NCBI RefSeq assembly: GCF_001194135.2 | Contig: NC_069002.1 | Coordinates: 17,968,072-18,017,148, forward strand | Direction: 5' to 3' | Length of the DNA stretch: 49,077 bases | Origin: Octopus bimaculoides | Taxonomy: Eukaryota | Part shown: piece after piece, positions 35,076 to 46,329 of the stretch | How the letters are laid out: every line of letters begins with the position of its first letter | Numbering within the stretch: position 1 is the first letter of the stretch | Made by a program: the position numbers and the translations under genes | The notes under the pieces: model-generated | Told to the model about the DNA's origin: nothing | What the model saw: the letters and a program-made list of their open reading frames with translations, nothing else | Databases searched by the model: none

Positions 35076-36280
35076 TAGGCACAGGTATGGCTGTGTGGTA
35101 AGAAGCTTGCTTCCCAACCATATGGTTTCAGGTTCAGTCCCACTATGTGGCACCTTGAGCAAGTGTTTTCTACTGTAATCTTGGGCCAAACAAAGCCTTG
35201 TTACACACATACACACACACACACATACAGACATGACAGAAGTAAGTAGGCAATCCCATAAAACATCGTTTTATGTTTATTCTAACTTGTAAAAGTTTAT
35301 ATTTTTTATTAATAGACATTTTCATATTTCAGGTTCTATATGTGACTGTTTAATTGTGCCATGTAGCCTTGGAACTATTTGAATTTCGAAGAGGCTGTAT
35401 TGTGGGTCATTTTGAAGGTGGACATAGCATAAAATCGCAGAAAACCTTGGGATCCTGCTTTCTCCAGTTAATCGAGTGATTATGCAATTCACCAGAGAGA
35501 AGGAATCCATGTCACCTCACCCTGATCAACCAGGGCCCTCTGACAGGACCCTTCTCTTTGCTAAGAGAAGTGTGGAGGATAATCTTCATTGCAAGGCCTC
35601 TGACATAGCTGAACAAGTTAATGTCAGTCCCAGAACAGCTGTCAGGTATCTCCACAAACTTGGTTACTATGGCAGAGCAGCAAGAAGGAAGCCACTTCTT
35701 CGACCAGCCAACATCAAGTGGAGAAAAATTGAGCCAGTGAGATGGTGGAGAGGCCACTAGCATTTTGGGACACTGTCATATTCTCTGATGAGTCCAGATT
35801 TGCTATATTTTCTGACAGTGGTTGAGTGTGGGTCTGAAGACTCTGTGATCAAGAATTTGATGTCAAAAGATTGCAGCCAACAATGAAACATGGCAGCTAT
35901 CCTGTGATGGTCTGGGGAGCAATTTTGAGGAATGGTTGATCAGAGCTGGTGGAGTGTGAGGGATTCATATTCACATTATAACAATTAATAAATAATTTGA
36001 ATGTATAATTTCAGATTTAAAGAAATTTTAATGATTATAAGGGTGTCTGTTTACTTCTGTCATGTCTTTGTGTCATTTTGTCTCCCCATCACTGCCTGGC
36101 AACAAGTGTTGGTGTGTTTTATGTCATCATAACTTAGTAGTTTGGCAAAAGAGACTGATAGAATAACTACTAGGCTTAAGAGATAAGTCCTGGTGTCGAT
36201 TTGTTCTACTAAAACTCTTCAAGGCAATGCTCCAACATGGCCACAGTGAAATGATTGAAACAAGTAAAAGAGTAAAAGAA
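35076..36280 (+). mobile_element. Bipartite SINE split by a Tc1 insertion (head ~35076-35200, tail ~36070-36280)
   Basis: Head and tail match 40821-41217 and bracket the transposon. Confidence 0.75.
35228..36068 (+). mobile_element. Internally deleted Tc1-family DNA transposon (nudC intron 5)
   Basis: ~30-bp TIRs CAGACATGACAGAAGTAA / TTACTTCTGTCATGTCT; transposase remnants RTAVRYLHKLGYYGRAARRKPLL, WDTVIFSDESRF, PTMKHG..PVMVWGAI; stops and frameshifts. Confidence 0.9.
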
Positions 36281-36331
36281 ATATATTTTATTCAATGCTT
36301 TTTAAAATTATTTTTGTTACTTTCATTTCAG

Positions 36332-36400
36332 TTGAGGGTTCCTGTCAAAGTTTCATATCCTCTCAAAGGCAAACATGTTACTTGTAAAATACAGAAAAAG
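36332..36400 (+). CDS. nudC: nudC exon 6 (LRVPVKVSYPLKGKHVTCKIQKK)
   Basis: TTTCATTTCAG acceptor; aligns to human LAVPFCVNFRLKGKDMVVDIQRR; donor AAG|GTAAGA; 69 nt. Confidence 0.95.
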
Positions 36401-36477
36401 GTAAGACTGGATATTGTTGATGCTAAGTAAATTAGGCTGCTGTAAGTTTTATTTTGTTCAAATGATAAGATTTGAAG

Positions 36478-36641
36478 TCATCATCATCATCATCATCACC
36501 ATCATCATCGTCGTCGTCGTCGTCGTCGTCACCACCATCACCACCACCACCACCGCCACCGCCACCACCACCATCATCACCATCACCATCACCACCATCA
36601 CCACCACCACCACCATCATCATCACCATCACCATCATCATC
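36478..36641. repeat. Compound (CAT/CGT/CAC)n trinucleotide microsatellite
   Basis: Read directly; it is the expanded 3' tail of the adjacent minus-strand SINE. Confidence 0.95.
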
Positions 36642-36851
36642 GTTTAACGTCCGCTTTCCATGCTAGCATGGGTTGGACGATTTGACTGAGGACTGGTGCA
36701 ACCGGATGGCTACACCAGGCTCCAATCTAATTTGGCAGAGTTTCTACAGCTGGATGCACTTCCTAACGCCAACCACTCAGAGAGTGTAGTGGGTGCTTTT
36801 ATGTGTCACCGGCACGAAAACGGCCACGCTCGAAATGGTGTCTTTTATGTG
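36642..36851 (-). mobile_element. Short RTE-tail SINE in nudC intron 6
   Basis: Reverse complement of 27201-27410, starting at the same 5' point. Confidence 0.9.
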
Positions 36852-37689
36852 GTTCCTTGAAAATGGTTGTGTCACTCTTGAGAGAAAACATGGAGATGGA
36901 ACAATTGCAGGACTGCTAGTCATGACTTTGTGGCTGGCCTAGTTGGACCCCATCCAGTTTTAGTGTAGTTAAAATTACACAGGCTCTTCTCTTAGCCACA
37001 CTGTTTACTTGGGTATGGCTTAACCATGTGGTTAAGCTATTCACTTTGCAACCACATGGTTTTGGGTTCAGTCCGAGTGCACAAGTAGATGGGAACTGGA
37101 CCTGTTGTGTGCATACACATGTCTTTGTGAATGTCTACATCCTACATATTCCACGTAAAAAAAAAAAGCACTATACTACAAGTGGTGAAGTTTTATCATT
37201 TTCTTGCCAATAATTTGTCTACTGGCTCTATGCTTTTGAAGATGTAAAATAAAGAGATCCTTTACTTGAAATAAGGTTAGCAGCAGGGAAGATATCCAAC
37301 AGCAAAATAATAACCTCAGTGATATCAATTCATTTAACTTATGCTATCATGAAAAACAACAGATGTAAAAAACAGTTTTGTGATATTTATTATGCAAATA
37401 GGGATGTAACTTAAAGTTAACATAGTTGTTCCTTAAAAAGTGTACTGGGGGTTCAATAGAAATAAATCCCTTCAAGGCAATGCTCCAGCATGGCTGAAAC
37501 CAGTAAAAGAACTTACTAACATTTAAGTGTGTGTGGGAGGGGCATAAAGTCACAACTGCATCCCCTTTTCTCTTAAAATCAGTAGATGAGATCACTTGTG
37601 GTTCCTCTGGTCTAGTAATTTTTCTATTATATATGTGTAGCTGTGATAACTTATAATAATCTCTCTTGTTTTCTTCTCTCTCTCCACAG

Positions 37690-37815
37690 CATCTAACAGT
37701 TGGGGTCCAAGGACAGCCACCAATCATTAATGGTGCTTTGTCAAAGGAAATCAAAATTGAAGAAAGTACCTGGACAATTGAAGACAATAAGAATATTGTT
37801 GTGAGCATGGACAAA
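37690..37815 (+). CDS. nudC: nudC exon 7 (HLTVGVQGQPPIINGALSKEIKIEESTWTIEDNKNIVVSMDK)
   Basis: CTCTCCACAG acceptor; CS-domain core; donor AAA|GTAAGA; 126 nt. Confidence 0.97.
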
Positions 37816-38689
37816 GTAAGATATTGTTGCATTGACATAATTTCTCTTTTTTATCACAACTAGATGGTTTCTATTTACTCAATAATTAATTTTTTTGTAT
37901 CATAAATAAAACGTCAAGATAAAGTGAGTTAATGATTAAGGCATTGGGCTACCTGTCGAGGAACCAACAACATTGCTTCCACTTTTCCATGCTTGCATGG
38001 ATTAGACAGAATTTCTTGAACTACAGCTGGATGCCCTTCATGTTGCCAACCCTCACCAGTTTCCAATCAAAGTAATATTTCCCCATGGTTAAACACCTTT
38101 CCTACATATTGAGCAGGGCCATTTCCCTGACAGGAGAGTCCTATCTATTTTTTTTTTTTTATTTGGTAACCACAACTTTGGTCTTTGCTAGGTTAAGTTT
38201 AAGGCCCTTTGATTCCAGGTTTTGTTTCCATACCTGGAGTTTCTTTTCCAATTCTGCTACCTTTCTAGGAGGGGAAGGACTGAACAGTGGTTAGTGCAGA
38301 GCCTGGAGAGCAGACACAATATGGGGATAAGAGAAAGAGAGGGATGAGCAATAGAGTAGTGCCTTGTTAGAGGTGAAACAAGATCATCCAGCTCTGTGGA
38401 GCAGAGGCCACTGTAGTTTCTGTAGTAAAGACAGAGGAAGGAGACACAGCACATCTGTGGATTAGAGAAGAAACCAACAGATACACAGCTTAAACATCGT
38501 GGTACCTAAACAAATTATGGTAAGATTATGAAATTGCAAAAAAAATTTCTAACATTTTTGATTCCTTGTGCCAACTTCCATATGTAAACAATTGAATTTC
38601 TTATTACTGGTTGGGCTCATATGGAGTTCCTTCTTCATATTCTATTTTAACAAAAATGGCAAACAAAACTCAATGTCAAACTGAAAAAA

Positions 38690-38888
38690 AATCCTTTACC
38701 ATTCACATTGTGTCAAATATAAAGCTGATTCACATTGTTTTGAATTAATCATGCATTATTTTGTAATTTTGCGATTTTGGTGAAATAATTGTTAAGTTTT
38801 AAAATGATAATGTAGGATTGGTGTGTTTGAACATAAAGCATCTAGAATATTTTGGCTGGATATAGCAGTTGAAATGCTTAAGGATTAA
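38690..38888 (-). mobile_element. piggyBac-type MITE (intron 7)
   Basis: Ends AAATGCTTAAGGA|TTAA; reverse-complement similarity to 34272-34496. Confidence 0.7.
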
Positions 38889-38938
38889 ACTTTTAGTTGA
38901 TATAAAAGAATAATTTCTTCCATTTTCTATATTTTTAG

Positions 38939-39022
38939 GTAAACAAGATGGAATGGTGGTCCAAACTTGTTGACACTGACCCAGAAATTGATACTCAGAA
39001 AGTTCAACCTGAAAATTCCAAA
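38939..39022 (+). CDS. nudC: nudC exon 8 ([28 protein letters not shown])
   Basis: TTTTTAG acceptor; NKMEWW..L...DPEI.T.K..PENSK NudC motif; donor AAA|GTAAGA; 84 nt. Confidence 0.97.
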
Positions 39023-39736
39023 GTAAGAAGTTAGAATACTTTCTCCATAAAGCTTCTCTATTGTTACATAATGTAAATTTCTGTTTTGCTTGAGTTATGT
39101 CTGTAAAATTGTGTTTCTGATTGAGTAAACATGAGTTTCAGTTAAATTCTAAAATAATCATGAATTTAGATTAGCTTCATTAAACAACTGTAACTTTTTT
39201 ACTTATCAACATATTAATGTGATATTTAGAACATAATTGAAGAAAGGGTCCTTAATCAATTCTATTGCATAACTTTTGTCTCAAAGTAACTCTAATTACA
39301 GGTAAATCCAGGTAAACTGAGCAAAATATAAAAATGTTGAAATTTTGTTTAAACATGACCATAGAAAAAAATGAGTCATCAGCTAATAGTCAATTGGGTA
39401 TGCAACAAAATTTTAATATAGAAGAATTGTGCACATCACTAGATTATCAGTTGAATTTAATGCACAGAACAGGTGTACCATAAAGGTAAAATAAACTGAA
39501 ATACTGGAATTTGTTTTTGAAGAAAACTAGAAAATTAAATACATCAACTAAATGAAATATACTCACACACATACATGAATACACATATAATAAAGATTTA
39601 CAATAGAAATTAAATCAAAACTTATCACCTACCTTACAGGCAAATTAAAATTTACAAGTAAATAAAAAGTAAAACAAAGTAAATTTGAAAAATATTTATA
39701 CAATCTAATCATACATACATATATATATATATACAA

Positions 39737-39895
39737 TCATCATCATCATCATCATCATCGTTTAACGTCTGCTTTCCATGCTAGCATGGGTTGGATGATT
39801 TGACTGAGGACTGGTGAAACCGGATGGCAACACCAGGCTCCAGTCTGATTTGGCAGAGTTTCTACAGCTGGATGCCCTTCCTAACGCCAACCACA
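39737..39895 (-). mobile_element. Truncated RTE-tail SINE with (CAT)n tail (intron 8)
   Basis: Same sequence family as 36642-36851. Confidence 0.85.
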
Positions 39896-40672
39896 CAATA
39901 TTTCTATCATGGAAAGTTATAAAACATACCACTCTACATACTGCAACCTTGCAGAATGCACATTGGAAAAAAGTTTCAACTGGTCATCCACTGGGAGTTT
40001 TTCTTCGTTGATGTAGATATTCACGGCACTGTCTTTTATGACCCCTGATTTTTTCTAATTTATGGAGATCGGCTGAACTCAGAGGGACATCTCTCTGGCA
40101 GGTTTTGCTTTTCCTTCCTGCAGTTATTTTTTTTTTTTTNNNNNNNNNNNNNNNNAGTTATTTTTTTTTTTTGGAAGAATAACCTGCCCTCAACTGTGTT
40201 GCTACATCTGCTTGGAACTACAGAGGGTTGCACCACTTGCGAGCCCCTCCTGATTTGGTATATAATATAAATGTATTTACAATGCTCATGTTTACTATAT
40301 ACCAAGCCAGGTATCGCCACCATTTATTACCCGGTCTCCCAGCCAGATAATAACTCATCATTTGGTTCAGCCGATCCACACTGCCCATGTACCTGTTATA
40401 ATTGAGGTTCACAAATGGAGTGCCATTTTCATCTACACATGGTTATGCACCGGTAGAAGAAAATTTATCTGCCTCTCATCTCTCACATGTAAATACTGGT
40501 TCATTTTCACAAATCGTATACATGACACAGTACTGGAAATGTACTGATTGAATCATTATGAAACTGGTAACATAAAGTTTTGATGCAAAGTTTTAATTTA
40601 GATCACTTTAAAACGGAGTTTGTATTGTAGAACCAAGAACTGTTTCAGGTGGGTTAGTATCAAAAGAGTTAA
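39896..40672 (-). mobile_element. piggyBac transposon remnant
   Basis: YNRYMGSVDRLNQMMSYY...KWWRYLAWYIVNMSIVNTFILY (C-terminal catalytic region), ETFFQCAFCKVAVCRVVCFITFH (Cys-rich domain), terminus AAAAGAG|TTAA at 40669-72. Confidence 0.85.
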
Positions 40673-40820
40673 ACATCAGGTACATCAAGGATCTAGTTAT
40701 ATTGTTGGCAACAAACCCTACATAGTTATGTCTTTGTTTTATTTTGTTGTTTAGCTTTTCTTTATTGTTTTGGTTTTTAACTAGCTCAGTTGCATGAAAT
40801 TATATTGCAAGTTTTGACAT

Positions 40821-41217
40821 AGGTGGAGGAGTGGCTGTGTGGTAAGATGCTTGCTTCCCAACCACATGGTTCTGGCTTTAGCCCCATCGTGTGGCACCTT
40901 AGGCAAGTGTCTTTCACTATAGCCTCAGGCTGACCAAAGCCTTGTGAGTGGATTTGGTTGATGGAAGTTGAAAGAAGCCCGTCGTATTTATATATGTTTA
41001 TATATATATCTATGTATGTGTGTCTGCGTTTGTGTCCCCCCCATTACCACTTGACAGCCAGTGTTGGTGTATTTATGTCTCTGTAACTTAGTGGTTCAGC
41101 AAAAGATACTAATAGAATAAGTACCAGGCGTAAAAAAAAAGTACTGGGGTCAATTCATCCAACTAAAAAAATTTAAGGTGGTGCTCCAGTGTGGCCACAA
41201 GTAAAAGGTAAAAGATA
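40821..41217 (+). mobile_element. Complete bipartite tRNA-derived SINE (intron 8)
   Basis: GGAGGAGTGGCTGTGTGGTAAG head, central microsatellite, GGTGGTGCTCCAGTGTGGCC tail. Confidence 0.85.
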
Positions 41218-41724
41218 AACTGACTTTTATGAGCTTCTATGTCATCCTCATTATCATTGTGACCATTTTTATTTACTATGCTGGCATGGGATGGATATGA
41301 TTTCTTTAAACAGTATTCTACGGGAAGATGTCTTTATGGATGTTAACCCTTATTCCACTTGTCTATGTATGACAAACTGCTGAACATAACATCACTGCTG
41401 CTCAAGCAGTGTCAGTAGGAAAACACTTGGAAACAAAAAATACACTCAGTCACTGACTCTTCATACAGTTTCCATCTACCAAATTTCACTCAGAAGGCAT
41501 TGTGCAGTCTAATGCTACAGTAGCAGACACTTGCCTCCAAGGCGCTACAGGGAGAAAGCCTAGAAGCACATGGACTCATTACTAATGATTATTGTAAAAT
41601 ACATATTTGGAATAAAATGAAAAGAGCTTAAAATTTTCAGCCAATGAAATCTTGTGAATTTTAAAATTCATTTTCCTCTTCTCTTTTTGCATAGTCTCAT
41701 TAATAATAATAATAATAATAATTC

Positions 41725-41885
41725 ATCCAAATTTTGGCACAAGGCAAGTAGGTTTCGGGGGAAGAGTAAGTTGATTACCATGATCCCAATACTTAACTGG
41801 TATTTATTTTATTGATCCTGAAAGGATGAAAGGCTTAGCAGCATTTTGTCTAGCATTTTAAAAATTCTGCCAGCTCACTGCCTTA
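41725..41885 (-). mobile_element. Decayed SINE of the 30677 family
   Basis: TTTTGGCACAAGGC...GAAAGGATGAAAGGC...TTCTGCCAGCTCACTGCC; flanked by (AAT)n and (AGT)n. Confidence 0.65.
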
Positions 41886-41975
41886 GTAGTAGTAGTAGTG
41901 TAAAATGTATAGATTTATCGTATATTTTTGGTGTAGCTTTTTTTGTTTTTTATTAAATGTGTAAGAAATGATTAA

Positions 41976-42152
<177 letters not shown>

Positions 42153-42398
42153 TAAGTTGTTTTTATAAAAAAAAAATATTGAAATAATTTTCATCATTGT
42201 TTGGTTGTTGATGTTGTTGGCCTTAATTAAGCAGGCCAATAACCAAAGGTAATCCAACCATGAACATCCTGTCTTTTTAAGAGAATGTCTAGGGTTGCTT
42301 CCCAACCACATTGTTTTAGGTTTGATACTACTTCCATGGCATCTTGTGCAAGTGTCTATTACTATTTTTTCAGCCTGGAACCATTCAACACTCTCATA

Positions 42399-43117
42399 TA
42401 TATATATTGTATAAAGGATCGTGGGTAAGGCCAAAACAATGCAAAATAAATGTAAGGTAAATCACAAGAAAACAAATATGTGAATTAATGTAGACTTGTA
42501 TTCAATATTAAGGGGTTATGACCCCATTTTTAAGAAATAGACATTGCTATAGCAATCAGCTAGCTTCCTGTAACTCTCATCTGTTGTTAATTTTGGGTTT
42601 CTTTTGGTGTATGAGGATGGCTTCAGAGATTCTAAGGTTGCTCCCTGTTTCACTGTGTTGCCTTGATGTGCACCGTGAATTCCTGGGGTCTGGCATTTCT
42701 GGAGGTGTTTCTTCATGGAAGTGTCTGCTTGTATGTCTTCCATAATGCGTATGTGCACTTTTCTTGTCATGCTTCCTACGTAGGATGTGTTAGCAAATGT
42801 GGTGCATGCTACATAGGAAGCACGACCAGAAAACTGCATATATACGCATTAACGAACACATGCAGGCAGAAACTTCCATGAAAAAGCATCTACGGAAATG
42901 CCAGACCCGGGAATTCACAGTGCACATCAAGGCAACACAGCAGCTAGCTGGTTGCTATAACAACACCTTTCTGCACATCGGCAACATTTGTCTCTTGAAA
43001 ATGGGGTCAGTATAAGGTAAGTCTACATTAATTCACATGTTTGTTTTGTTGTGATTTACCTTGCATTTATTTCGCATTGTTCTGGCTTTATCCACGATCC
43101 TTCATACAATATATATA
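42399..43117. mobile_element. Penelope-like GIY-YIG 3' end arranged as a palindrome (nudC intron 9)
   Basis: Arms 42399-42783 and 42809-43117 are reverse complements; peptide CSKCGACYIGSTTRKLHIRINEH...SMKKHLRKC on plus and YVGSMTRKVHIRIMED...SMKKHLQKC on minus. Confidence 0.85.
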
Positions 43118-43119
43118 AT

Positions 43120-43415
43120 GGCGCTCCATCGATTATGACAATGAGGGTTCCAATTGATCCGATCAATAGAACAACCTGCTTGTGAAATTAACATGCATGT
43201 GGGTGAACATTCCACTTAATGTACCCTTAACGTAGTTCTCAGGGAGATTCAATGTGACACAGAGTGTAACAAGGCTGGCCCTTTCAAATACATTGCACTA
43301 CTCATTTTTGCCAGCTGAGTGAATTGGAGAGATATGAAATAAAGTGTCTTGCTCAAGGAGACGTGTCGCTGGGAATTGAATTCATGACCTTACAATCATG
43401 AGCTGAGTACTCAAA
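43120..43415 (-). mobile_element. tRNA-head SINE with CORE-like region
   Basis: Minus strand reads GTACTCAGCTCATGATTGTAAGGTCATGAATTCAATTCCCAGCGAC...TCCTTGAGCAAGACACTTTATTTC...CACTCAGCTGGCAAAAATGAGT. Confidence 0.7.
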
Positions 43416-43834
43416 CTAAAGCCTTATAAGTGGATTTGGTAGATGGATACTGAAAGAAACCTGCTGTATGTTTGACATTGCATGAAAGTGGTAAATAGAG
43501 CATCATCATCATGATGTAAGTAGGGTCATTCATTTCCAATCTTCCACAAAAAGTTGTCTGGCTACAGGGAAATATTACATTGTTTGGAAAACAAGGCAAG
43601 AGTGATGGTAACAGGAAGGTCATCTACCTTGATGATCTCTAACCCATGCAAACTTGAAAAAGTGGATGTTAAAACGATGGTGATGATGCAGAGATGTACA
43701 ATCTTTACTAGACTTTGTAGTGGCTTGGGAGTGATACACAAATTGATCTAACAATTTTGAAGTGTTATAAACATTGTAACTTCATTCACACTTTGCGATT
43801 ATTTTATTTATTCATTTTTTTCTTTCTTTTATAG

Positions 43835-43886
43835 ATTTCAACAACAACATCCTGAAATGGACTTTTCAAAATGTAAATTTTCTTAA
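43835..43886 (+). CDS. nudC: nudC exon 10, terminal (K-FQQQHPEMDFSKCKFS*)
   Basis: TTTTATAG acceptor; HPEMDFSK.KF C-terminus; TAA ends at 43886; exons sum to 996 nt = 331 aa + stop. Confidence 0.97.
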
Positions 43887-45624
43887 GTTTTTATTCCATC
43901 AACTAGACTATCTTGCAGCTGCCTTACTCAAACACTGACCACAACCAGTAAGGCAAAATATTCTACATTGATTTCTAAGAAAGAAAAATACAAAACAATC
44001 CCATAGAAATAAGCATTCTCCCTAGACCTTTATTTTCTTTTGAAATGTCTATATTTGCTTGTTTTGAATATTTTACTGTTCAATTAAAACTTAAATTGAA
44101 AAATTATTCAAGAACTTAATTTTTCTCTAAACTCAAATTTCTGATTTGTTTTACAAATATTTGATTATTTTTAATGTTCAGGTTGTGAAGTTATTCAATT
44201 CCAGGACAGTTTTGATTGAGCTGTCCATAGAACATCCCACCTCGAACATAATTTCATTTGACCCATGCAAACATAGCAAATAGAAATGCAAGTGGTTAAC
44301 TACATGACTGGGTGTTGTCCACTGAGCCACCTTGCTCAGCTGAGAATTGTGAAGAAGTGATGAATCCCACAATTTCAGTGTTTAAGATGGAGATGATGTA
44401 TCTCATCAAAATGCAACAATTACAGTTCCAGTGCACTTATTGCATGTAGTCTGCACTGCTGCCAAATGTTTGGGGATTGGGTATTGCAGCTTTTTGTGTA
44501 TTTTCTTTGTATAGATTGAGTGGGAAGATGTTCTTAAAGTGCCATCGTGTGTGCACGCGTGCACCTTGATCTTTCAAAGGTATTTTTTCTTTTATTAAAG
44601 TGGTACATATAGCAAAGGTCTTCCTTTTTTTTTTTTTTTTAGTATTTTGGTGGTCTGTGTACAACCTGGGATGTGTAGTGTGTTTTTGGATGTACTTTTG
44701 AAAGGTTGCGGGGTGCCCAAGAAAGACCAACATAGTTGATCAATATAATGTATTGTTTGTGCACCATTGTTTTTTTCTTCTTTTCAGTTAGTCAAATTCG
44801 ATACTTGTGTGTACTCACTCTCCTATATTTTGTCTTCTATGTGTGCTATAGAGGTTTTATAACCCCTAATATTTTTGTCTTGTGTGTATGTTTGTTGTAT
44901 TTACTGTTCACTGGTAAAATTAGAGACTGAATTTTGTTGTTTCTGTATATGAATGAAGGTATAATCTTCCTGGTGTGCACTGATTATAAACAAAAGTTTC
45001 ACTATGCATAGTGTTATATGTTTGGAAAAGGCTGGGGTTGGCATCAAGAATGGCATCTGTCCATAGAACATCCTGCCTCAAACACAATTTCATTTGACCC
45101 ATGCAAACATAGCAAATAGAAAATGCCATGAACATACAGGCATATCTGTGTCTTTGAGTTTGGGATTGTCCCACCACCACCACCGCTTGACAACAGGTGT
45201 AGATTTTGTATAAGTCACAGTAACTTGGCTTTTCGGCAAAAGAGCGATAGAATAATGACTGCACTTAAAATAAGTAGTAGGGTCAAGTTTGACTAAACAC
45301 TTCAAGTCAGTATCCCAGCATAGCTGTATGGCAAAGACTAAAATAAATAAATAAATGAATAATGTAAGAGATTTATTGACTTTTCTCTTTGTATATACTC
45401 TTTGATCAGTCTCTATGAAAATTAAGATAAGTGATTGATTGCTTTGTTTCTATATTTTCAGTGCTTTTGCATTGCTCCCTATTGTTTGTGAATAGGGCCT
45501 GAAGTAAAAATTTTCACATAAACTTTGTATTAGTTCATTAAGAATGTGAAAAAAAAAAAAAAAAAAATCCAGTTTTAAAAGAGAAGTTTCTTCTCTCTCT
45601 CTCTCTCTCTCTGAATAATTTATC

Positions 45625-46008
45625 TTTTACTTGTTTCGGACTGCAGTCATGCTGGGGCGCTGCCTTGAAGAATTTTAGTTGGACAAATCGATCCCAGTAT
45701 TTATTTTTTTATAAAGTCTGACACTTATTCTATTGGTCTCTTTTTCCTGAACTGATAAGTTACGGAGATGTAAATACACCAACACTAGTTGTCAAGTGGT
45801 AGTGGTGGGAGGAGACAGACAAACAAACACACACACATATGTCTATGACTGGTTTCTTTCAGTTTCCATATACCAAATCCACTCGCAAGGCTTTGGTCAA
45901 CCTGTAGCTAGAGTAGAAGACACCAACCTAAGGTGCCATGTAGAGGGACTGAACCTGAAACCATGTGGCTGGGAAGCCAACATCTTACCCCACAGCCATT
46001 CCTGTTTC
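45625..46008 (-). mobile_element. Bipartite tRNA-derived SINE
   Basis: Reverse complement of the 40821-41217 family. Confidence 0.8.
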
Positions 46009-46329
46009 TGTAAGGTCAAAAAATTTTCATACTTGTCTTCTAAGCTGGTGTAAAGTAAAAAATACCCAAGTTAAGTGAATTTTCTCTTTAGTTTTATTAA
46101 GACTGGAGAACAGAATTGAGTGTAGGTAAATTTTGGTCACTGATTCTAAATAAGTCATTAGTTTTTATCTATTGACTCTGCCCATATGAAAACCCTAATG
46201 GCTAGGCCGACCAGGTACAAAGATTGATGAGTGCAAGTCCTTATTGTTGACTATAAAAAGAAAAAAAAAGGGCTTCATACAAGGAGAATATCTTTATGAT
46301 TAGATTACATTCATAGAATCCGATAATAG

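Noticed and set aside
36414-36666. Poly-Ser/Pro, poly-Thr/Ile and poly-Met/Val ORFs
   Set aside because: Trinucleotide SINE tail inside nudC intron 6.
40120-40175. AGTTATTTTTTTTTT duplicated around a short N run
   Set aside because: Probably the same sequence read from both contig ends, i.e. an assembly artefact.
44181-44283. Alternative nudC terminal exon after a TTAATGTTCAG acceptor
   Set aside because: Joined to phase-2 exon 9 it gives AAG TTG TGA, losing the conserved C-terminus; no support.
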